Assembly (NCBI GenBank): GCA_012295275.1
Contig: CM022675.1
Coordinates: 15,376,001 to 15,440,000, forward strand
From: Chrysomallon squamiferum
Taxonomy: Eukaryota > Animalia > Mollusca
DNA: 64,000 bases
Direction: 5' to 3'
Made by a program: the position numbers and the translations under genes. Below are positions 54,070 through 64,000 of this stretch, piece after piece; positions within the stretch are counted from its first letter, which is position 1; each line of letters starts with the position of its first letter. The notes under the pieces were generated by a model that was given only the letters and a program-made list of their open reading frames with translations, made no database searches and was not told where the DNA came from.

Positions 54070-57000
54070 TCAATAGGTAGCATAAGGAGCAGGTGGAACA
54101 TAATCCTGAAAAGAATGAAAACATTGTGATATTACAGAAGGTACTCTCAGATAAATTGTATCTAACTTATTTAAATAGCTCATAATAAGCCATCAAATTA
54201 GTTTATTACATGTTACAAAAGGCTATTTTATGTTACTTTTGTCCACATTTTGCATAGTTAAAAATAAATTGATGAATACACAAATTCACAGGCAAAGTCT
54301 AATTTTTAGTTCTGCAGCCATTTTAAAATAAAATAAGATCATGACAAAAGATTAGTTAACTCTGGTAACAAGCCTAAAAAACAAAAATTAATACCTCTTT
54401 ATGTTAATATATTTTTGTTTTGTATATTACCACTTTCTTTCCTTACCTATTCAAGTATTTTAAAAATTACAGCTTACAGATTCATTAATGAATTTAAAGA
54501 ACAAAAAATAAGTATGTCTAGAATCCATTCTTATTATTTACATACTAAATTGTAATCTTGCAGACTCACCGCTTTAACAGTGTGAGTTGGAATCTCAAAC
54601 TGATTTGCATGCGTGCTGCGGATTGTGCTTTTAGCAAAATGTCCGACAGGGTATAGTCGGTCTGCCTCATAGGCCTTTCTGTACTGTGGATTCTATAAAC
54701 AGTGAACATGCTTCAGATATATGTTGTGCTAAAATGTGTTCAACTGCTAATGAATGTGTTTCTACAGTTGTCATATGTAAATAAACATAGATAATTAAAA
54801 AGTGTACTTTAAAAACTATACTGTGAAAGATGAACAAAAACAAATGCAATGTCTCAACCAGAATAATGTGACTGATGGAATATGTCAGTGTAATGTACAG
54901 CCTTAATCAAAATTTAAAGACTGCATGTGTACATCCATAGACTGCAAATACAATTACATTAGTTTAACAAATCATATACATGTTTGTTTGTGAATGACTG
55001 AAATATGTAATCAAAACTTAAAAAAAAGAAAATAATTTTTAAGTTAAATTTAAAAATACAAAAATACCAAATAAACTGATTCTTCTAAAACTGAATTAAA
55101 AAAAAAAAAGTATCTGGATATAGATATGAACAAATTTACATTGTGTATTGAGGACAGGCACCTTTAGTTTCTGAAACTTCAGACAGATTTTTTATACGCT
55201 CATAAATTCATATATTTTTCTTCAACACACTATTCCTTACAATTAGTTTCCCTCATGACTTAATAGTTTCATTCAGATGGCAGACGTGATTAATACCGAT
55301 ACTTCAAACAAAGTGATTTCTGTTAATAGTGATTGACACAAATTGGTTTCAGTGCAGTGATGAATACTAATATTTGGAACACAAACTGGTTTCAGTAACT
55401 AATCAATAGTGGAGTTTCAAACACAAAATGGTTTAGTCACAGAGATGAGTACTGATGTTTGGAACACAAACTGGTTTAGTCACAGAGATAAGTACTGATG
55501 TTTGGAACAAACTGGTTTCAGTAACTAATCAATAGTGGAGTTTCAAACACAAAATGGTTTAGTCACAGAGATGAGTACTGATGTTTGGAACACAAACTGG
55601 TTTCAGTAACTAATCAATAGTGGAGTTTCAAACACAAAATGGTTTAGTCACAGAGATGAGTACTGATGTTTGGAACACAAACTGGTTTCAGTAACTAATC
55701 AGTAGTGGAGTTCCAAACACAAAATGGTTTAGTCACAGAGATAAGTACTGATGTTTGGAACAAACTGGTTTCAGTAACTGATCAATACTGATATTTCACA
55801 TACTAACCTCTGTTTCTTCCCATGGTAATTTCTTCTTCACAGCATTCTGATCCTATTTTATACATAAAAAAATAAAAAATAAATCACAAAATACATACAG
55901 TATTAAATTAGGCAATTTCATATTATTCATAAATATCGAATTATAAAAAAAGAATCTGAATAATTTATTTTAATATCTGATATCTATAAAAACTCACTCA
56001 GGTTATAGATGCTAATAAGATAACATGATTTTACAGAGACAAAATATTTTTATCATTTTATTTTTTAAATATATATATTTTTAAATTATTAGAAACAGAT
56101 TAGACTGCAGTTTTTCATTGTTTAGGATGAATCACAATATTATTCATAGTTTGTATTTCATCCTAATGAGAATAATTATGTTAAAGTAAGATTTTGAAAA
56201 TGTTTCTAAAATTGAAATAGTGGAAAATCAATCTGAATAATGTGGGTCAGCATTTCACTTGAATTTCACAAAACATATTATTATAAAATAGCAGATGTCA
56301 AACACATTGTTTTTATAAAACCTCCATATTAGAGACAAAGAGCACATTTCCAGGAATAGCATATCTCAATGGTGGAACATGATTGTAAGTTCATCCTTCC
56401 TGAAAGAGGACTGTTTTCCATATAGCTATCAGATTAGGGAAGGTGTTTTTTGTCAGTGAAAAAGTATAAAAAAAGATATTATTTACAGCTAATCAATAGC
56501 AACAACTGTGACTAATGACTGAGTTTCCTTTTTCCTGTTTTTTTTTTTTTTTATAAAAATCTCTTGTGATCTACTCACAGTAACATTTTGACAAAGTTTT
56601 AGATTTTGCTGTATATGAAATATACTGGAATGGCTTGCAGCTATGTTCTGTGAATACTTTACCTCCCCTCTTGGTGAATACAACAGGTTAGCCAGGTTTT
56701 CTTTCCTCTGTGTGTAAGGACCTTTAGGTGCTCCTCCCCCATATTTACGAAACTGTCCCGCAAATACATCACAATGCTGAAAATATCAGCATGTAAAGAT
56801 TATAACAATGTACATATTTATAATACAAAGAAAAAAATATATATATATGGTGTCAGGACAATTGCCACCCATTTTTGGTTCCAATATAGGGTTCAGAATG
56901 ATTTTCAAGCAACATTTCAGTAAATTAGTCAAAGTGTTACATTAAACTTGATTAGAAGCATGTGGATTACTTTGATCTGCTAAAACATCTTATAAAATAT

Positions 57001-59699
57001 CACCTAACATCAAAGCTACTTATTAAACTTGAGACTGGTCAGACAATGTGAAAACTGACACATCCTGGACTATTTGCATGGAATAGCACACAACATAAAA
57101 GTGCGAAAACTGAAAAGTGTTAATGAACTCTTGTAAAGTGTCTTAGTATACATGGTTATAGTTGAATCTGTACTTGTAAATGAACTGTTGCTATACAAAG
57201 CTTTACTAGAGAACTATGGACAGACTTCTCTGAATTTCAATTTATAAGTATTAAAAAAATATGTCCTTATACATGTTGCTCATTATGCTCAAAAATCATT
57301 ACTGGAAGAAAAAATGGTGGGCAGTTTCTTAGAATCACATATATATATAATTAATTTAAAATATTAATGTTATTATAATTAGAAATATATATAATATGAA
57401 TAGGTGACAGCTATAGTTATATTTTCACAATAATATTCATATGAAAAATGTCAGTGTTCATTTCAAACATCCAATAAATGTGATTTTATTGCTGGAATTG
57501 CAAGAATGGATAAATATGATAATATCCTAAAACAGGAATCAGTATGTATACTTGATTTCAGTTATTATTCTTACAAGAACTTCTTCTTGTCTCTGTTTGA
57601 GTTTTTCAAGTTCGCGAATTCGTCGTCTCTCATTGGCTTGAATCTCTAATTCATCATGGTATTTCTTCTGTGCAAGCTTTGTCTGGTCAATCTGACTCAT
57701 CTTCTACAACAATGTATATACAGGATTCAAAGTTACATCAACATCCAATGTGCTGGTGTGAACCCATTGGGTGTTCTCACATTGAATGATCCACATATAT
57801 TCATTTACTATATTTTAAGATTTGGACAGCAAACATATTTCAAAATTGACTGAAAAGAATTTAACAATTTCTAAAAGCTGTTGATTCATATTGCAAATAA
57901 CATATGCATTTTAAATTCATTCACAAAATCTTTGTGGAAATTACAAATAATTATACTGCTGTGCAAGAAAATAATAACTTTAAAATATTCAGGCAGATCA
58001 GATGTAATATTTTAGAATTTTAACTGTCATTGCAATTAACATCAATAATAATAATAATAATAAATTAAAACAATAAAAAGTAATTTAATATATTTAGTTT
58101 TTTGTATATAAATAAATAAACTTGAAAGAAAACTGAGTTATTTATTTATCATATTTTCAAAACAGATAAAAGAATTTTCCTTGTTTATACTAATTACCAG
58201 CAGGTGTTTTACATGCTTAATGTTAAATAACAATACAGGTATCTAACACTTTGTTTTTTAAAACACAGTGTAGTGACTTTTTTTTGAATGTCATGCAATA
58301 CATACATCAATATCTACAACAGCAAGGTTATAATACAATGAAAGCACAGCTAAGATCTAGGAACACATATACACACAGCACCACAACTCTGCAATCACCT
58401 CTTATAGGCTAAAACAAAATAAAACTTTTCATATTACTAACAAACCATTACCTGAGTGGCATTTTATATTATTATTATTATTATCATTATTATTATTAAT
58501 AAGACAATTCACAACCATAATCACCACCCTTGACACCCTCAAAATCCCTGCAAAAGTAAATTGTTTTACTACTAATAAATAAATACTTTCCATTAGTAAT
58601 TAATTCACAAAAAAAGAAACACAAAAGGTTTCTTTTGAACAAAACACTATATTTGAAGTATTTATAACCAGACTAGCCTAATGCCAGTTTATATTTAAAG
58701 CGTAGTGTTTCCAACCTGACTGAAAATGCCAACATCTGGAGATGTTCCAGCCCAACCACGAAATGGTAGATCTATTATTTCCTACAAGTGTTCAGTTATT
58801 GTTAGTCATATTTCCTATTCATTACAGTAACTACTCTTAAAATTCAGACTTGATAGAAATAAAAAAAAAATTATTTTGAATTTTTTATTTTAGGAAACAG
58901 TATTGAAAACAGCCACCTAACCATAAATAAGAGTGATGTTTTATAAAACATATCTGTTACACATTACAACAAACCTGTTTAGAGATGTCTATTACACTAA
59001 TATGACAAATCTGTTTAGAGATGTCTATTACACTAATATAACAAATCTGTTTAGAGATGTCTGTTACACTAATATGACAAATCTGTTTAGAGATGTCTAT
59101 TACACTAATATGAAAACCTGTTTAGAGATGTCTATTACACTAATATAACAAACCTGTTTAGAGATGTCTGTTACACTAATATGACAAATCTGTTTAGAGA
59201 TGTCTGTTACACTAATATGACAAACCTGTTTAGAGATGTCTATTACACTAATATGACAAACCTGTTTAGAGATGTCTGTTACACTAATATGACAAACCTG
59301 TTTAGAGATGTCTCTTACACTAATATAACAAACCTATTTAGAGATGTCTGTTACACTAATATAACAAACCTGTTTAGAGATGTATATTACACTAATATAA
59401 CAAACCTGTTTAGAGATGTCTATTACATTAATATGACAAACCTGTTTAAAGATGTCTATTACACTAATATAACAAACCTGTTTAGAGATGTCTATTACAC
59501 TAATATAACAAACCTGTTTAGAGATGTCTGTTACACTAATATAACAAACCTGTTTAGAGATGTATATTACATTAATATAACAAACCTGTTTAGAGATATC
59601 AGAACTGGCTAGATGTTGAGGCAGCAGTGCTCCTGTTTCAGGATCTCGTTTTGGATTGCCAACTCTCCCTTGTTTCATCAAATCTGCCAAATCTTTGTC
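54070..59699 (-). CDS. 3' part of an uncharacterised CSPP1/CCDC66-like coiled-coil protein (5' exons outside the window)
   Basis: Exons 59699-59586, 57703-57575, 56776-56663, 55852-55808, 54692-54570, 54105-54070, all GT-AG phase 0 and open to TGA. Contains KYHDELEIQANERRRIRELEK and KYGGGAP, resembling the Y..L..Q..E helix and G.GGGAP motifs of CSPP1/CCDC66. The exon structure is solid; the family call is tentative. Confidence 0.7.
55365..55795. repeat. Intronic minisatellite; about 85-bp unit made of two related about 42-bp halves
   Basis: gtttggaacacaaactggtttcagtaactaatcaatagtggagtttcaaacacaaaatggtttagtcacagagatgagtactgat repeated about 5 times. Confidence 0.9.
58968..59600. repeat. 36-bp tandem array (about 17 copies) derived from an exon/intron junction
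   Basis: Unit aaacctgtttagagatgtctattacactaatat(g/a)ac; on the minus strand it reads GACATCTCTAAACAG|GTTTGT.... Confidence 0.95.
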
Positions 59700-60939
59700 C
59701 TAAATTATATAAATAACAGTATATGAAGCCGTTTTTGCCTTCTAACCCACCTGTGGAAATTAGTTATCTACCTGAAATGAAAACTTTCTGATCCTCACAA
59801 AGCATTTACTATAAACAGGCACAATAGAATTATTACAGGATCTCCTTTAATCAAATGTCAGAAATCATAAAGTAGGACAAAACCTCTCTAATGAAAAAAT
59901 AAGGTAAGACAAAAGCACCTGAGAAGGAAAGTATAGTAAGACAACCCCACCCCCAGAAAACTTTGCAAACAACAAGTTTATTAAAGCATGCACACTACAT
60001 ATCTTTATAAAAATCAGCACAATAATGTCATGATTACAATTTGTTTGTTTGATTGATGTAATTAATTACTATAAATAACTGATAATAATAACAATTAAGA
60101 TGGAGGATAGAATTTGAAGATAGAATTTATATCAAAACATAGACAGTCACATACACGGGCCCCATTTTTTTTGTCAGAGAGCATAACCACTGCAATTGTG
60201 TTTCATAATAATTATTTTCAGTCAGTCACATGGCACGAAATGACTTACATATCTTAGTATATATTGGGAATTTCAACATTTTGAAAATTGAACATAATGT
60301 CTGAAAATAATATTAAAAACTGATGAACACTCAAGACATCATTGGATACTTTGACTTCATGACAAAATAATTTCATATTTTCTACGGTATGTTATGTCAT
60401 TTATATACATACTTATGTGGATTACTTTTAAAGTTAATCAGTTACTTAAGCAGATCACAACCAGTTTACTTCAGCAAATAACTAATTACATAAATTCCAT
60501 GAATTTGATAATTAAGTGTTAGGGGAAATATTAATCTGTAGAAGAATCATTTAAAAAAAATTAAAGTTTTGAAGTTAGCGAGCATTGGTACTATCTTGTT
60601 TTCATGTATGGATGGCTTTTGTCCTACCTTGATTTTCCACTCAGGGTTTTTTTGTCCTACCTTCCTTGTTCACTTTGGGGGGGGGGGCATTTCAACTGTT
60701 GGTATGTCCACCTATGCATTTTTGGACTGGGAGGGGCTTTCATCCTGGAGAACTTATGTCTGTATCCCATTTTATTTCTGTATGACACTTACACATCTAT
60801 GACTGACTATATATATTTTTTTATATGATTTAATATTGGTATTAATTTTTTTTTCTTTTACAATTATTTGTAAACATTTTTTAAAATTATACAAAAACAA
60901 AAATAGAAAGTATCAAATTTTTTATACTTTCTATACTTT

Positions 60940-63900
60940 CTGTTGTTATCCTATCACAGTGTTTATATGTAGACTGTTGTTATCCTATCACAGTGTTTAC
61001 ATGTAGACTGTTGTTATCCTATCAGTGTTTACATGTAGACTGTTAGTATTCTACCAGTGTTTACATGTAGAGTGTTAGTATCCTGTCACAGTGTTTACAT
61101 GTAGACTGTTGTTATCCTATCAGTGTTTACATGTAGACTGTTGTTATCCTATCAGTGTTTACATGTAGACTGTTAGTATTCTGTCACAGTGTTTACATGT
61201 AGACTGTTAGTATCCTATCAGTGTTTACATGTAGACTGTTGTTATCCTATCAGTGTTTACAGACTGTTGGTATGTTATCTGTTTAGTATTCTATGTTATC
61301 AGTGTTTACATGTAGAGTGTTAGTATCCTGTTTACAGTGTTTTACATGTAGACTGTTAGTTATCCTATCAGTGTTTACATGTAGACTGTTGGTATCCTCA
61401 TCAGTGTTTACATGTAGACATGTAGAGTGTTGGTATGTTATCACAGTGTTTACATGTAGTGTTGGTATCCTATCAGTGTTTACATGTAGAGTGTTGGTAT
61501 GTTATCACAGTGTTTACATGTAGAGTGTTGGTATCCTATCAGTGTTTACATGTAGAGTTGGTATGTTATCACAATGTTTACATGTAGAGTGTTGGTATGT
61601 TATCACAATGTTTACATGTAGAGTGTTGGTATGTTATCACAATGTTTACATGTAGAGTGTTGGTATCCTATCACAATGTTTACATGTAGAGTGTTGGTAT
61701 CCTATCAGTGTTTACATGTAGAGTGTTGGTATGTTATCACAGTGTTTACATGTATGTTTATCACACATGTTTACATCACAAGTGTGTTGGTATGTTTATC
61801 ATGTTTATCCTATCAGTAGTGTTGGTATGTTATCACAATGTTTACATGTTGTTGGTATCCTATCAGTGTTTACATGTAGAGTGTTGGTATGTTCAGTGTT
61901 TACATGTAGTGTTGGTATGTTATCACAGTGTTTAGAGTGTTGGTAGTGTTTACATGTAGAGTGTTGGTATCCTATCAGTGTTTACATGTATGTTGGTATG
62001 TTATCACAGTGTTTACATGTTGGTATCCCATCAGTTTACATGTAGTGTTGGTATGTTATCACAATGTTTACATGTAGAGTTGGTATGTTATCCTATCAGT
62101 GTTTACATGTAGAGTGTTGGTATCCTATCACAATGTTTACATGTAGTGTTGGTATCCTATCACAGTGTTTACATGTAGAGTGTTGGTATCCTATCACAAT
62201 GTTTACATGTAGTGTTTACATGTAGTGTTGGTATGTTATCACAATGTTTACATGTAGAGTGTTGGTATGTTATCACAGTGTTTACATGTAGAGTGTTGGT
62301 ATGTTATCACAATGTTTATCCTATCAGTGTTTACATGTAGTGTGTTGGTATGTTATCACAATGTTTACATGTAGAGTGTTGGTATGTTATCACAATGTTT
62401 ACATGTAGAGTGTTGGTATGTTATCACAATGTTTACATGTAGAGTGTTGGTATGTTATCACAATGTTTACATGTAGAGTGTTGGTATGTTATCACATCAT
62501 GTTTTGGTATGTTATCATGTTTACATGTAGAGTGTTGGTATCCTATCAGTGTTTACATGTAGTGTTTATCACAATGTTTACATGTAGAGTGTTGGTATGT
62601 TATCACAATGTTTACATGTTATCCTATCACAATGTTTACATGTAGAGTGTTGGTATGTTATCACAGTGTTTACATGTAGAGTGTTGGTATGTTATCACAA
62701 TGTTTACATGTAGAGTGTTGGTATGTTATCACAGTGTTTACATGTAGAGTGTTGGTATGTTATCACAATGTTTACATGTAGAGTGTTGGTATGTTATCAC
62801 AATGTTTACATGTAGAGTGTTGGTATGTTTTTACATGTAGAGTGTTGGTATCCTATCAGTGTTTACATGTAGTGTTGGTATGTTATCACAGTGTTTACAT
62901 GTAGAGTGTTGGTATCCTATCAGTGTTTACATGTATGTTGGTATCCTATCATGTTTACATGTAGTGTTGGTATGTTGGTTGGTATCCTATCAGTGTTTAC
63001 ATGTAGAGTGTTGGTATCCTTATCAGTGTTTATTACAATGTTTACATGTTTAGAGTGTTGGTATGTTATCACAATGTTTGGTATGTTATCACAATGTTTA
63101 CATGTTTACATGTAGAGAGTATCCTATCACAATGTTTACATTGGTGTTATCACATTTACATGTAGAGTGTTGGTATCATCAATGTTTACATGTTTGGTAT
63201 GTTATCACAGTGTTTACATGTAGAGTGTTGGTATCCTATCACAATGTTTACATGGTATTGGTATCATCACAGTAGAGTGTTGGTATGTTATCACAGTGTT
63301 TACATGTTGGTATCCCATCACAATGTTTACATGTAGAGTGTTGGTATGTTATCACAATGTTTACATGTAGAGTGTTGGTATGTTATCACAATGTTTACAT
63401 GTTGTTGGTATGTTATCACAATGTTTACATGTAGAGTGTTGGTATCCTATCACAATGTTTACATGTGGAGTGTTGGTATGTTATCACAATGTTTACATGG
63501 TATCCTATCACAATGTGTTTATCATGTGTTTACAGTAGAGTGTTGGTATCCTATCAGTGTTTACAGTGTTGGTATTATCATGTTTACATGTAGAGTGTTG
63601 GTATGTTATCACAGTGTTTACATGTAGAGTATCCCATCATCAGTGTTTACATGTAGAGTGTTGGTATGTTATCACAATGTTTACATGTATGTTGGTATCA
63701 TCAGTTTACATGTTTGTTGGTATGTTATCACAATGTTTACATGTAGAGTGTTGGTATGTTATCACAGTGTTTACATGTAGAGTGTTGGTATCCTATCACA
63801 ATGTTTACATGTAGAGTGTTGGTATGTTATCACAGTGTTTACATGTAGAGTGTTGGTATCCTATCACAGTGTTTACATGTAGAGTGTTGGTATCCTATCA

Positions 63901-64000
63901 GTGTTTACATGTAGAGTGTTGGTATGTTATCACAGTGTTTACATGTAGAGTGTTGGTATGTTATCACAGTGTTTACATGTAGAGTGTTGGTATCCTATCA
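60940..64000. repeat. Satellite, 32-34-bp unit, runs off the window end
   Basis: Unit tcaca(g/a)tgtttacatgtagagtgttggtat(gtta/ccta), with many internal deletions. Confidence 0.95.

Noticed and set aside
56849-57340. Possible MITE with weak inverted ends between (TA)n tracts
   Set aside because: End similarity is too degenerate to call by eye.
58968-59600. CRISPR array (36-bp repeats)
   Set aside because: Units are contiguous with no unique spacers, there are no cas genes, and the unit derives from a eukaryotic splice junction.
59181-59612. 143-aa plus-strand repeat ORF (TNLFRDVYY)n
   Set aside because: Antisense reading of the 36-bp array; no independent support.
61293-63814. Multiple Cys/His-rich ORFs (MLSQCLHVECWY...)
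   Set aside because: Chance open frames in satellite DNA.

Overview
AT-rich, intron-containing animal DNA. The gene and repeat content suggests an invertebrate, probably a lophotrochozoan such as a mollusc (inference). There is no rRNA, tRNA or CRISPR. 1-13.5 kb is a cluster of decayed transposons: an RTE-X-like LINE fragment, a Gmr1-type Gypsy remnant interrupted by a foldback MITE, and two head-to-tail I/Nimb-type LINE copies. 14.7-26.6 kb holds decayed receptor exons plus the most unusual locus: an intronless, bacterial-type UDP-galactopyranose mutase (Glf/UGM) with an N-terminal membrane anchor and a C-terminal DUF3431-like domain, split by one missing base in a homopolymer. From 27.7 kb I could reconstruct five spliced genes by hand: a 6-Cys amidated neuropeptide precursor, a quiver/sleepless-like Ly6 protein, PCTP (with a U12-type intron), TPK1, and the 3' part of a CSPP1/CCDC66-like gene. 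That last gene has one 5' splice site amplified into a 36-bp in-frame tandem array. A satellite of about 3 kb ends the window. All family assignments come from motif recognition, not database searches.
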